From Longivirga aurantiaca (GTDB lineage Bacteria > Actinomycetota > Actinomycetes > S36-B12 > CAIYMF01), in contig NZ_JBHSTI010000008.1 in assembly GCF_042660085.1 (NCBI RefSeq), positions 2,115,604 to 2,147,603 of the forward strand: a stretch of 32,000 nt of DNA. Reading direction: 5' to 3'. Position 1 is the first letter of the stretch, and each line of letters begins with the position of its first letter. The translations under genes were made by a program, and so were the position numbers. Of the stretch, positions 17,606 through 27,388 are shown piece after piece. The notes under the pieces were generated by a model. It did not search any database. It was not told the DNA's origin and saw only the letters and a list, made by a program, of their open reading frames with translations.

Positions 17606-18792
17606 CCGCCCGAGACCGACAGCTCGGCCGCGCTGATGTCGGCGAGGAACCCGTCGAGGTCGTCGGGGTCGTCGAGCCAGCCGTCCGGCAGCGCGACCCG
17701 CTTACCGGGCTGCGTGCGTCCGCGGGGCCCTTCGCTGACCTCGCCCGGCCACGGCTGGTCGAGGTCCATCTGCGCGATGTAGCCGTCGATCTCCTCGAGC
17801 GTGTCCGCGAGCGCGAGCCCCTGGCGGAGCTCGCGGCGTACGACGAAACCCTTGAGGTACCAGGCGATGTGCTTGCGGAAGTCGCGCGGGCCCTTGTCCT
17901 CCCCGAGCACCTCGCTGAGCAGCTGCGCGTGGTGGCGCATCACCGCCGAGACCTCGCGCAGGCCCGGGTCGGCCGGCACGTCGCGGCCGGTGAAGCTCGC
18001 CGCGAGCTGCCCGAACAGCCACGGTCGGCCGAGGCACCCGCGTCCGACGACGATGCCGGCGGCGCCGGTCTGCTCGACCATCCGCTGCGCGTCGGCGTAC
18101 GTCCAGATGTCGCCGTTGCCGAGCACGGGGATGCCGAAGGGCTCGAGCTCCTCGACGAGGCGCGCGATCGCCGACCAGTCCGCGGTGCCGCCGTACAGCT
18201 GGCTCGCGGTGCGGCCGTGCAGCGCCACCCAGGCGGCGCCCTCCTCGGCGGCGGCGCGGCCGGCCTCGAGGTAGGTGAGGTGGTCGTCGTCGACGCCCTT
18301 CCTCATCTTGACCGTGACGGGGACGGGCTCGCGGCCGACGGCGCGGGCGGCGTCGTCGGACGCTGCGACGGCCTCGCGCACGATCGCGCGGAAGAGCCCG
18401 CGCTTCCAGGGCAGCGCGCTGCCGCCACCCTTGCGGGTGACCTTGGGCACAGGGCACCCGAAGTTGAGGTCGACGTGGTCGGCGCGGTCCTCGGCCACGA
18501 GCATCCGGACGGCCGCCGCGACCGTGGCCGGGTCGACGCCGTACAGCTGCACGCTGCGCGGCTGCTCGTCGGCGTCGGTCGCGATCATCTTCATGGTCTC
18601 GTCGTTGCGCTCGACGAGCGCACGGCTCGTGATCATCTCGGTGACGTAGATGCCGGTCGCGGCGCCGTCGGTCGCCGCCCGGGCCTGCTCGCGGGCGAGG
18701 CGGCGGAACGCGCGGTTGGTGATGCCCGCCATCGGCGCGAGCACGACGGGCACGCCACCGCGCGCCAGCAGCTCGTACCCCGGATGCGTCAC
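17602..18792 (-). CDS. dus: tRNA-dihydrouridine synthase
   Basis: This is the C-terminal 396 codons of track ORF 17602..20337. The start is GTG 18792 (VTHPGYELLARGGVPVVLAPMAGITNRAFR), preceded by a purine run. Motifs: VDLNFGCPVPKVTRKGGGSAL, VTVKMRKG, ALHGRTASQLYGG.ADW, GNGDIW, VVGRGCLGRPWLF. Confidence 0.9.
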   Translation of the reverse strand: MTHPGYELLARGGVPVVLAPMAGITNRAFRRLAREQARAATDGAATGIYVTEMITSRALVERNDETMKMIATDADEQPRSVQLYGVDPATVAAAVRMLVAEDRADHVDLNFGCPVPKVTRKGGGSALPWKRGLFRAIVREAVAASDDAARAVGREPVPVTVKMRKGVDDDHLTYLEAGRAAAEEGAAWVALHGRTASQLYGGTADWSAIARLVEELEPFGIPVLGNGDIWTYADAQRMVEQTGAAGIVVGRGCLGRPWLFGQLAASFTGRDVPADPGLREVSAVMRHHAQLLSEVLGEDKGPRDFRKHIAWYLKGFVVRRELRQGLALADTLEEIDGYIAQMDLDQPWPGEVSEGPRGRTQPGKRVALPDGWLDDPDDLDGFLADISAAELSVSGG

Positions 18793-18888
18793 ACCCCCAT
18801 CATCACCGACGCACCGCGCCCCCCAGAAATCCGTGCGGAACGCGGCGTCCGGGAGCGGTGTTGGCGATGGCTGCGTACGGTGTGCGGT

Positions 18889-19854
18889 GTGACGGAGACG
18901 GCGAGCCGGGCCTGGACGCGCGATGTGCTCGACGGCTTCGAGCAGACCACCCTCGTGCTGCCCGACTCGTGGGACGGCCCGGTCGAGGCAGTCGTCGTAC
19001 GGCGCGTCACCGGGCTCACGAGCGGGGGCGCCGTCCTCTACGTGCACGGCTTCGGCGACTACTTCTTCCAGAGCCACCTCGCCGACTACTTCGAGAAGCA
19101 GGGGCTGCGCTTCTACGCCGTCGACCTGCGCCGGCACGGCCGCGCCCTCCGCGAGCACCAGCGCCCCAACACCTGCCGGAGCATCGACGAGTACGTCGAG
19201 GACATCGACGCCGCGGTGCAGCTGCTCGTCCGCGAGGAGGGCGTCACCTGGCTCCTGCTCAACGGCCACTCCACCGGCGGTCTCGCGGGCGCGATCCAGG
19301 CGCACCGGGGCGAGCAGAGGCGCTCGATCGCGGCGGTCTACCTCAACAGCCCGTTCCTCGACATGAACCTCCCCGCCTGGCAGGAGGCGCTCGTCGAGCC
19401 CTTCCTGTCCGCAGTCGGCGGGGTGCTCCCGAACCTCGACATCCCCGGCCTGTCCGCCCTGTACGGCGACAGCATCCACGAGTCGCGCAACGGATCCTGG
19501 GCCTTCGATCTCACCTGGAAGCCGCTCGCGGGATTCCCCGCCAAGGCGGGCTGGATCCGCGCGATCCATCTCGCCCAGCGCGAGGTCGAGGACGGGCTCT
19601 CCATCCAGGCGCCCGTGCTCGTGCTGCACGCAGAGCGCAGCCTGCGCCCGAAGAAGTGGTCGGACGACCTGCTCCGTGCCGACATCGTGCTCGACGTCGA
19701 CGACATCGCGCGCCTCGCCCCCATGCTCGGGCCGAACGTCGAGGTCGACGCCGTGCCCGACGGCATCCACGACCTCGCCCTCGCCGCCGACGGCCCGCGC
19801 GAGACCGCGTTCCGCATGGTCACCGACTGGCTCGCCCGCGTCCGCCAGGACTAG
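18889..19854 (+). CDS. Alpha/beta hydrolase (lysophospholipase/monoacylglycerol-lipase-like)
   Basis: This is the C-terminal part of track ORF 17443..19854; the upstream part is antisense to dus. The start is uncertain: GTG 18889 or GTG 18880. Motifs: AVLYVHGFGDYFF, the nucleophile elbow LLNGHSTGGLA, VLVLHAE, DGIHDL (catalytic His region). Confidence 0.78.
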   Translation: MTETASRAWTRDVLDGFEQTTLVLPDSWDGPVEAVVVRRVTGLTSGGAVLYVHGFGDYFFQSHLADYFEKQGLRFYAVDLRRHGRALREHQRPNTCRSIDEYVEDIDAAVQLLVREEGVTWLLLNGHSTGGLAGAIQAHRGEQRRSIAAVYLNSPFLDMNLPAWQEALVEPFLSAVGGVLPNLDIPGLSALYGDSIHESRNGSWAFDLTWKPLAGFPAKAGWIRAIHLAQREVEDGLSIQAPVLVLHAERSLRPKKWSDDLLRADIVLDVDDIARLAPMLGPNVEVDAVPDGIHDLALAADGPRETAFRMVTDWLARVRQD

Positions 19855-19878
19855 CTCCGCGGCTGCGATCCTGGGTCC

Positions 19879-20526
19879 ATGACGCGCGCCCCCGAGGTCG
19901 ATCACGTGGTGCTGGGCGTCGCCGACCTCGACGACGCCGCGGCCCGGCTCGCGGAGCAGGGGATCACGGCGCTCCCCGGCGGCACGCACCCGCACTGGGG
20001 CACGGCGAACCGCATCGTGCCGCTCGGGTCGGCGTACCTCGAGCTCGTCGCCGTCGTCGATGCCGACGTCGCGGCCACCAGCGCGTTCGGCTCGTGGGTC
20101 GCGGCCCAGGCGCGCGGCGACGCCGCCTGGGGCTGGGCCGTGCGCTCGCAGGACATCGCCGCCACCGCAGAGCGGCTCGGGCTCGACCTGGTGGCTGGCA
20201 GCAGGGTGCGGCCCGACGGCGTCACGCTGTCGTGGCAGCTCGCGGGCGTCCCCGACGAGGGCTCGGACCGGTCGCTGCCGTTCTTCATCGCGTGGGGCGA
20301 CGGCGTGCCGATGCCCGGCGGGTCGGCCGTCACCCATGACGCCGGCACCGTGCTGCTGCGCGGGCTCACCGTCGGGGGCGACGACGATGCCCTCCGCGGA
20401 TGGCTCGACGGCGAGGTCGACGGCGTCGTCGTCACGCCTGGCCGCCCCGGCGTGCTCGCCGTGGTGCTGACGACTCCGTCGGCCGAGATCACGCTGCGGC
20501 CGCCGCTCGTGGACCCTCGGCCATGA
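19879..20526 (+). CDS. VOC/glyoxalase-like domain protein
   Basis: 215 aa. VDHVVLGVADLDDAAARLAEQGITALPGGTHPHWGTANRIVPLGSAYLELVAVVD is typical of the glyoxalase-like (Glyoxalase_3) family. Followed by LPFFIAW. Confidence 0.78.
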   Translation: MTRAPEVDHVVLGVADLDDAAARLAEQGITALPGGTHPHWGTANRIVPLGSAYLELVAVVDADVAATSAFGSWVAAQARGDAAWGWAVRSQDIAATAERLGLDLVAGSRVRPDGVTLSWQLAGVPDEGSDRSLPFFIAWGDGVPMPGGSAVTHDAGTVLLRGLTVGGDDDALRGWLDGEVDGVVVTPGRPGVLAVVLTTPSAEITLRPPLVDPRP

Positions 20527-21290
20527 CCGCCCTGACGTCGCAGCAGGCCGAGTGGCGTGCCCGCGCCTGGACGGCGTACCCGCCGATCCTCACGCTGTCC
20601 GGCGCCGGCAGGGACGCCGACGTCGTGTTCCGCTCGCCGACGGTCTGCGGTGCCGACATGGTCGTGCCGCATGCGTGGGGCATCCGGATCTGCGCCGGCG
20701 ACTCGACGCCCGATCCGGCGGATGCCGCAGCCGCCATCGCCTGGTGCCGGCACCGGGACGCCGGCCACGGCTGGTTCGTCAGCGGACCGGCCGCACGCGC
20801 CGACGACTGGCCGGGCCTCGAGGTCGGCGACGGCAGCGGCGTGTTCGCCACCGACGCTACGGTCGCCGCAGCCTTCCCGCTGGTCGTGCCCGACGGCGTC
20901 ACGCTCGAGCACGCACCCTCGCTGGGCGACGTCCGGGCCGCGTACGGCGGATGGATGGACGACCACCCGCTGGCAGACCTGCTCGTCACAGCCGACGACC
21001 TGGCGCATCCCGATCGCGCGTTCGTCGTGGCGCACGTCGACGGCGAGCCGGTCGGGTGCGCGTTCGTGTGGTGGGGCGAGGGCACGGCGTACCTCTCGGG
21101 GATCGGGGTCGTCGAGCGGCTGCGCGGACGCGGGATCGGCAACGCGCTCACGACTGCTGCGGCGCAGGTGGGTGCCACGAGGCCCGGCACGGATGTGGTG
21201 TGGATGTTCGCGACGCCCGAGGGCGCTGCGCTCTACGACCGCATGGGCTTCGTGCTCGTCGACCGCGAGGTGCTGCTGCGACCGCGCTAG
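20523..21290 (+). CDS. GNAT-family N-acetyltransferase (two-lobed, 255 aa)
   Basis: ATG 20523 overlaps the VOC gene stop as ATGA. The C-terminal acetyl-CoA motif is AYLSGIGVVERLRGRGIGNALTTAAA, followed by LYDRMGF. The N-terminal ~40 codons of track ORF 20400..21290 overlap the VOC gene. Confidence 0.8.
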   Translation: MTALTSQQAEWRARAWTAYPPILTLSGAGRDADVVFRSPTVCGADMVVPHAWGIRICAGDSTPDPADAAAAIAWCRHRDAGHGWFVSGPAARADDWPGLEVGDGSGVFATDATVAAAFPLVVPDGVTLEHAPSLGDVRAAYGGWMDDHPLADLLVTADDLAHPDRAFVVAHVDGEPVGCAFVWWGEGTAYLSGIGVVERLRGRGIGNALTTAAAQVGATRPGTDVVWMFATPEGAALYDRMGFVLVDREVLLRPR

Positions 21291-21739
21291 GCGTCGAGGC
21301 GGAACAGCAAGTAGCCGTCGTCCGCGATCCCGTCAGGCACGAAGCCGGCCTTCGCCAGCACCCGCTGGGATGCGACGTTGTGAGGCACGACCCCCGCCTG
21401 CAGCGGGCGGATCGGGTCCTCGGCCACCAGCAGCTCGAGCGCTCGGGAGGCGATGCCGCGACCCCAGTGGGCACGGTCGATCCAGTAGCCCACCTCGCGC
21501 CCGCCGTGGGCGTAGAAGCTGCCGATGTTGCCGACGACGACGCCGTCAGCCTCGATCACGCGGTAGTGCACCTCGGGATCGGCGCGGATCCGACCCAGGT
21601 GCTCGAGGAAGGCCGTGCGGTCGCGCGACGGGAAGTCGGCCATCGCCGCAGCCTCGGCATCGGCCTGGTGCCAGAAGAGCTCGTCGACATCGCCGTCACG
21701 CACCTCGCGCAGCGTCACGGTCGCCGGGTGCGGCTGCAT
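21287..21739 (-). CDS. GNAT-family N-acetyltransferase (RimJ/RimL-like, 150 aa)
   Basis: I prefer the start ATG 21739 (MQPHPATVTLREV). Motifs: GYWIDRAHWGRGIASRALELLV, the GNAT motif A, and HNVASQRVLAKAGF. Its stop overlaps the stop of the convergent GNAT at 21287-21290 (CTAG). Confidence 0.8.
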   Translation of the reverse strand: MQPHPATVTLREVRDGDVDELFWHQADAEAAAMADFPSRDRTAFLEHLGRIRADPEVHYRVIEADGVVVGNIGSFYAHGGREVGYWIDRAHWGRGIASRALELLVAEDPIRPLQAGVVPHNVASQRVLAKAGFVPDGIADDGYLLFRLDA

Positions 21740-21856
21740 GCGCACATCCTGCCCGGCACCGCCGAGGGCGGCGCGGGGCTTTCCGTTGGGAGACCCCGGG
21801 CGCCTGGTAGGCACCCGGGGGCACCTTCATCCTGAAGAGTTCGGTGTGGTGGGTCC

Positions 21857-23239
<1,383 letters not shown>

Positions 23240-23348
23240 GACTGGGTGGGCTCCATCCGGCTGGAATGTCGGCGAGGGTGTCCGCACGCGTTCGGTGCGG
23301 GGCTTCAGGCTACGCGAACGTGCCGTGGTGCTCGTGCGGGGTTCGGCA

Positions 23349-23375
23349 CCGCGGGGTCAGCCGAACTCCCCGCGG
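23349..23375 (-). terminator. GC hairpin spanning the stop codon of the ABM-domain gene
   Basis: CCGCGGGG (23349-23356) / CCCCGCGG (23368-23375), an 8-bp stem. The 11-nt loop contains the stop codon (23357-23359). No U-tract. Confidence 0.35.
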
Positions 23376-23752
23376 CTCACGTGCGGTGCGGCAGCTTCGC
23401 CGAGGCCCACGACGTCGGCGTCCGCCCCGCGTGCTGACGGCTGCTCGACGACCGAGTCCGGCGTCCGCGCGACGAGCACCTCGAACGCCGTGGCCTCGTC
23501 CACCGCCGTCTGCAGGAACGGCCACCGCAGCTTCACCTCGTACGCCGACAGCGCGCGACGGTAGGAGCCGACGTCCTCCCACTCGGTCGCGAGCACCAGG
23601 AGGTCGGGCTCGTCGACGGCCCGGGCGATCCACCCGCGGACGTACCCCGGGAGGCCGGCGAGCACCGCGAGCAGGTCGCGGGCGGCGCCGAGGGCGTCGG
23701 TGGTCGACGCGAACCCCGCGAGCGGGAGGCGGTGGCGGGTGACGACGAGCAC
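23357..23752 (-). CDS. Antibiotic-biosynthesis-monooxygenase (ABM) domain protein
   Basis: This is the C-terminal 131 codons of track ORF 23357..24253. The start is GTG 23752 (VLVVTRHRL), preceded by GGTGGGGGA. Motifs: LAGLPGYVRGWIARAVDEPDLLVLATEWEDVGSYRRAL. Upstream of this start, the ORF is an acidic/Arg-rich antisense shadow. Confidence 0.72.
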   Translation of the reverse strand: MLVVTRHRLPLAGFASTTDALGAARDLLAVLAGLPGYVRGWIARAVDEPDLLVLATEWEDVGSYRRALSAYEVKLRWPFLQTAVDEATAFEVLVARTPDSVVEQPSARGADADVVGLGEAAAPHVSRGEFG

Positions 23753-23821
23753 TCCCCCACCGTAGGCCGATCCCGGAGGATGCGACGATGGGGTCCTCCC
23801 CCGACCCGAGGACCACGAGCC

Positions 23822-24220
23822 GTGCCCCAGAGCAAGCGCCACCCCGCCCGGCGCCCCGAGAAGCGACCGGCCAAGCCGAAGCACTCGCCGCGCACGCAGA
23901 CCCCGAGCCGCAGGCCTGCGCCCTCGTCCACCTCCTCGCCGGCGCGCCGCAGGCTCGAGATCGCCAGCGCTGGGCCGCTCATGCTGCTCAGCCGCCTGCC
24001 CAAGTGGGTCGTCCCCGCGCTCCTCGCGCTCCTGCTCGTCGGCGGGCTCGCGATCCCGAGCCCGTGGTCGGCGCTGTTCCTCGTCCCCGTCGCACTGTTC
24101 CTCGCCTGGCTGCTCGCCCTCGCCTGGCCCGTGCTCTCGACCCGCGGCCGGCTCATGCGCCTGGTCGTGGTGCTGCTGGTCGTCGCAGCGGCGATCGCCC
24201 GCTTCGTCTCGCTGATCTGA
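23822..24220 (+). CDS. Small integral membrane protein with a basic Pro/Arg-rich N-terminus (start uncertain)
   Basis: In frame with track ORF 23732..24220. The C-terminal 79 aa from ATG 23981 form 2-3 hydrophobic helices (WVVPALLALLLVGGLAI, ALFLVPVALFLAWLLALAWPVL, LVVVLLVVAAAIARFV). The conserved-looking RRRLEIASAGPL just upstream argues for an earlier start. GTG 23822 has GAGGA 9 nt upstream; ATG 23780 is also possible. Confidence 0.55.
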   Translation: MPQSKRHPARRPEKRPAKPKHSPRTQTPSRRPAPSSTSSPARRRLEIASAGPLMLLSRLPKWVVPALLALLLVGGLAIPSPWSALFLVPVALFLAWLLALAWPVLSTRGRLMRLVVVLLVVAAAIARFVSLI

Positions 24221-24224
24221 CCCG

Positions 24225-24253
24225 ATGAACATGGTTTTGACAATCATGTTCAT
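24225..24253. promoter_or_regulatory. Zur box (zinc-uptake-regulator operator) upstream of znuA
   Basis: AT-rich dyad ATGAACATG-gttttgacaat-CATGTTCAT. It contains TGACAATCATGTTCA, which resembles the actinobacterial Zur consensus TGAAAATGATTTTCA. It lies 20-48 bp upstream of the znuA ATG, in an operon that ends with zur. Confidence 0.7.
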
Positions 24254-24272
24254 TTAGCGCGAGACTGGACGC

Positions 24273-25196
24273 ATGACGCGCCGCCCCCTCCGTGCCCTCG
24301 CGCTCCTGCCCGTCGTCGCCCTGCTCGCCGCCTGCGGCTCGTCGGGCGCTGCCTCGAACGGCGCAGCCGACCCGACGGTGTCGGTGGTCGCCGGCTTCTA
24401 CCCCCTGCAGTGGGCGGCCGAGGTCGTCGGGGGCGACCGCGTCTCGGTCACGTCGCTCACCTCGCCCGGCGCGGAGCCGCACGACCTCGAGCTGACCCCG
24501 CAGCAGGTCGCGGCCGTCACCGACGCGGGCCTCGTGCTCTACGTGGCCGAGTTCCAGCCCGCCCTCGACGACGCGATCGCGCAGAGCCCGGAGGCGGCGG
24601 TCGACGTCGCAGCGGGCCTCGAGACGCTCGCGCCGGAGGAGCACGCCGGCGAGGACCACGAGGGCGAGAAGGAGGCGAGCTACGACCCGCACGTGTGGCT
24701 CGACCCCACGAACATGGCGGCGATCGTCGCGACGGTCGCCCAGCGGCTCTCGTCGCTCGACCCGGCCGGCGCCTCGACGTACGCCGCCAACGCCGCGGCC
24801 CTCGAGGACCGGCTCACCGCCCTCGACGAGCAGTGGCGCACCGGCACGGCGACGTGCACCAGCCGCGACCTCGTCGTCTCGCACGAGGCGTTCGGCTACC
24901 TCGCCAAGCGCTACGGCTTCGAGCAGGTCGGCATCTCGGGCCTCGCTCCGGACACCGAGCCCAGCCCTGCCAAGATCGCCGAGGTGGCCGACTTCGTGCG
25001 CGCCAACGAGGTGCGCACGGTCTACTACGAGACGCTGGTCGACCCGAAGGTCGCCCAGACCGTGGCCGACGAGACCGGCGCGAAGACCGCGGTGCTGGAC
25101 CCGCTCGAGGGTCTCGCGGAAGGATCGACCGACGACTACATCAGCGTGATGGAGAAGAACCTCCAGACGGTGAAGGACGGACAGCCCTGCTCGTGA
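24273..25196 (+). CDS. znuA: Zinc ABC transporter substrate-binding lipoprotein
   Basis: Lipobox LLAACGS. Motifs: [12 protein letters not shown], a His/Asp/Glu-rich loop [13 protein letters not shown], and YDPHVWLDP. Cluster A-I (TroA/ZnuA) layout. 307 aa. Confidence 0.9.
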   Translation: MTRRPLRALALLPVVALLAACGSSGAASNGAADPTVSVVAGFYPLQWAAEVVGGDRVSVTSLTSPGAEPHDLELTPQQVAAVTDAGLVLYVAEFQPALDDAIAQSPEAAVDVAAGLETLAPEEHAGEDHEGEKEASYDPHVWLDPTNMAAIVATVAQRLSSLDPAGASTYAANAAALEDRLTALDEQWRTGTATCTSRDLVVSHEAFGYLAKRYGFEQVGISGLAPDTEPSPAKIAEVADFVRANEVRTVYYETLVDPKVAQTVADETGAKTAVLDPLEGLAEGSTDDYISVMEKNLQTVKDGQPCS

Positions 25197-25996
25197 CCCA
25201 TGACCATGCGCACGCGCACACCGACCCCGGGGCGGTGTTCTCCGCCGCGCGCGCATGTGTGACCTTCGACGGCGACTGCGTCGTCGACGAGGTCGACCTC
25301 ACGATCACCCATGGCGAGTTCGTCGCCGTCCTCGGAGAGAACGGCGCCGGCAAGACCACGCTCGTGCGCGCCCTGCTCGGGCTCACGCCCCTCTCGCACG
25401 GCTCGGTCCGCCTCTTCGGCACGCCGCTCGAGTCGTTCACGGACTGGGGCCGCATCGGCTACGTGCCCCAGCGCCTCCTGTCCGCCGGCGCCGTGCCGAC
25501 GTCGGTGCGCGAGGTCGTGGCGTCCGCGCTGTGGGGCCCGAAGGGCCGCTTCCGCCGCTCGCTGCGCGCAGACTCCGTGGAGCAGGCGCTGCGCTCGGTC
25601 GATCTCTGGGACCGCCGCGACGACCGGCTCGACACGCTGTCCGGCGGGCAGCAGCGCCGGGTCCTCATCGCCCGCGCGCTCGCCGGCGGCGCCGACACGT
25701 TCGTCCTCGACGAGCCGACTGCGGGCATCGACAGCGTGAGCCAGGCTCGACTGGCGGAGACGCTGGGCTCGCTCAAGGATTCGGGCTCCACCGTCGTCGT
25801 GGTCACCCACGAGGTCGGGGCGCTCGCCGATCTCGTCACCCGGGCGCTCGTCCTCGGTCGCAGCAGCCACGGGTCGGTGCTGTACGACGGCCCGCCGCGG
25901 CGCGAGGAGCTCGCCCACCACCACGCGTGGCACCACAGCGAGGAGCTCGCACCCGTCGAGGTCCCCGTCGCGCCCGTCACGCTCCTGGAGGGCTGA
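25193..25996 (+). CDS. znuC: Zinc ABC transporter ATP-binding protein
   Basis: GTG 25193 overlaps the znuA stop as GTGA. Walker [10 protein letters not shown], signature LSGGQQRR, Walker [13 protein letters not shown]-loop VVVTHE. The N-terminus, if translated from 25193, is THDHAHAHT. Confidence 0.9.
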   Translation: MTHDHAHAHTDPGAVFSAARACVTFDGDCVVDEVDLTITHGEFVAVLGENGAGKTTLVRALLGLTPLSHGSVRLFGTPLESFTDWGRIGYVPQRLLSAGAVPTSVREVVASALWGPKGRFRRSLRADSVEQALRSVDLWDRRDDRLDTLSGGQQRRVLIARALAGGADTFVLDEPTAGIDSVSQARLAETLGSLKDSGSTVVVVTHEVGALADLVTRALVLGRSSHGSVLYDGPPRREELAHHHAWHHSEELAPVEVPVAPVTLLEG

Positions 25997-25999
25997 TCC

Positions 26000-26869
26000 G
26001 TGCCCCTTCTCGAGTACGACTTCCTCCAGCGGGCGCTGGTCGCCGCCGCCATCGTGGGTCTGGTCGCTCCGCTCATCGGCGTCTTCCTCGTCCAGCGCCG
26101 GCTCGCCCTGCTCGGCGACGGCATGGGGCATGTGGCCCTCGCCGGCGTCGGCATCGCGTTCCTCTTCGGCACGGCGCCCGTGCCCACCGCTCTCGTCGCG
26201 GCCGCGGCCGGCGCGGTCGTCATCGAGCTGATCCGCGCGAAGTCGCGCACCGCAGGCGATCTCGCCCTCGCGCTCATCTTCTACGGCGGCATCGCGGGCG
26301 GTGTCCTGTTCACCTACCTGGCGGGCGGCAAGTCCTCCGCCGCCCTCAACCAGTACCTGTTCGGGTCGCTGTCGACCGTGTCCGCGAGCGACCTCGTGTG
26401 GCTGGCCGTCGTGGCCCTGCTCGTGATCGTGGTGCTCGCGACGTTCGGCCGCGAGATCTTCGTGATGGCGCTCGACCCCGACCTCGCCCGCACCCAGGGC
26501 ATCCGCGTCACCGCGATGAGCATGCTCCTCACCGTGCTGGCGGCGCTCACCGTCGTGATCGGCATGCGCACCGTCGGGCTCCTGCTCGTGAGCGCGATCA
26601 TGATCGTGCCGGTCGCTGCGGCCCAGCAGCTCACGCGGTCGTTCCGCACGACGGCGATGATCGGCGTGGTGGTCGGTGAGCTGGCCGCGGTCCTCGGCCT
26701 GTTCTCGAGCTACTCCCTCGACGTGCCGCCCGGGCCCGCGATCGTCATGGTGGCCCTGCTGCTGTTCGGCCTCTGCGCCGCGCTCGCCGTGCCCGTACGC
26801 CGCCGTCGCTCCCGTGGGGTGGCGGCTGCCGCAGCCGCTGCCGCCGAGCCGATCGGAGCGCACGCATGA
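26000..26869 (+). CDS. znuB: Zinc ABC transporter permease (ABC-3 family)
   Basis: GTG 26000 is preceded by GGAGGG. 289 aa, polytopic. Motifs: FLQRALVAAAIVG...LLGDGMGHVALAGVG, and DLARTQGI..., typical of ZnuB/MntB-type permeases. Confidence 0.9.
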   Translation: MPLLEYDFLQRALVAAAIVGLVAPLIGVFLVQRRLALLGDGMGHVALAGVGIAFLFGTAPVPTALVAAAAGAVVIELIRAKSRTAGDLALALIFYGGIAGGVLFTYLAGGKSSAALNQYLFGSLSTVSASDLVWLAVVALLVIVVLATFGREIFVMALDPDLARTQGIRVTAMSMLLTVLAALTVVIGMRTVGLLLVSAIMIVPVAAAQQLTRSFRTTAMIGVVVGELAAVLGLFSSYSLDVPPGPAIVMVALLLFGLCAALAVPVRRRRSRGVAAAAAAAAEPIGAHA

Positions 26870-27279
26870 CCACGCGACGGACCACCAGCGTCCCCGGGGT
26901 GCGCTCCACGAGGCAGCGCACGGCGGTGTCGGGCGTGCTCGACGAGCTCGACGGCTTCCGCAGCGCGCAGCAGATCCACGCCGAGCTCGCCGGGCGCGGC
27001 GACGCCGTCGGGCTCACCACCGTCTACCGCACCCTCGCCGCCCTCGCGGAGGCCGGCGAGGTCGACTCGTTGCTCAACGACGAGGGCGAGACGGTCTACC
27101 GCCGGTGCGAGGGCGGGTCGCACCACCACCACCTCGTGTGCCGCCAGTGCGGAGCGACGGTGGAGATCGACGGCCCCGCCGTCGAGACCTGGGCCGACCG
27201 CATGGCCGCCGAGCACGGCTACGACGAGGTCAGCCACACCCTCGAGATCTTCGGCCGCTGCGCCGCCTGTCGCGCCTGA
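26866..27279 (+). CDS. zur: Fur-family zinc uptake regulator
   Basis: ATG 26866 overlaps the znuB stop as ATGA. Motifs: STRQRTAVSGVLDE...SAQQIHAEL....VGLTTVYRTL (wHTH), HHHHLVCRQCG and FGRCAACR (two Cys pairs). 137 aa. Position at the end of a znuACB operon. Confidence 0.9.
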   Translation: MTTRRTTSVPGVRSTRQRTAVSGVLDELDGFRSAQQIHAELAGRGDAVGLTTVYRTLAALAEAGEVDSLLNDEGETVYRRCEGGSHHHHLVCRQCGATVEIDGPAVETWADRMAAEHGYDEVSHTLEIFGRCAACRA

Positions 27280-27288
27280 GACGTCCGC

Positions 27289-27348
27289 GAGTTACTGCCC
27301 AAAGTGGGGTTGTGGAGGGGTCCAACACCCCACTTTGGGCAGTTACTC
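27289..27348. terminator. 60-nt long-stem hairpin immediately after zur
   Basis: Left arm 27289-27310 (GAGTTACTGCCCAAAGTGGGGT) pairs with right arm 27327-27348 (ACCCCACTTTGGGCAGTTACTC). The stem is 22 bp with one T:T mismatch (27293/27344), and the loop is 16 nt. It is visibly lower in GC than its surroundings and starts 10 nt after the zur stop. Confidence 0.7.
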
Positions 27349-27361
27349 GGAGACCTGGACG

Positions 27362-27384
27362 GCGCGGTCAGGGTCGGACCGCGC
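27362..27384. terminator. Second, GC-rich hairpin in the zur/uppS spacer
   Basis: GCGCGGTC (27362-27369) / GACCGCGC (27377-27384), with a 7-nt loop. Confidence 0.4.
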
Positions 27385-27388
27385 AGCT

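Noticed and set aside
17443-18888. N-terminal ~480 codons of ORF 17443..19854, and ATG 18784 as the start of the hydrolase
   Set aside because: This part is antisense to dus. An ATG-18784 start would overlap the divergent dus start. Hydrolase homology only begins near 18889.
18793-20337. Upstream part of the 911-aa minus-strand ORF 17602..20337
   Set aside because: It is antisense to the alpha/beta hydrolase and VOC genes. Dus homology begins only at GTG 18792.
23240-23356. Leader of glyQS with several small hairpins (e.g. CCGCAC-N7-GTGCGG at 23282-23300), considered as a T-box or attenuator
   Set aside because: There is no T-box consensus (…GGGTGGTACCGCG…), no specifier-loop architecture and no terminator/antiterminator pair that I can build. 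Small GC hairpins are expected by chance at this GC content.
23753-24253. Upstream part of the minus-strand ORF 23357..24253 (298 aa)
   Set aside because: It has acidic/Arg/Gln low-complexity sequence antisense to a hydrophobic membrane-protein frame, and it runs through the Zur box. Only the ABM domain portion (23357-23752) is kept.
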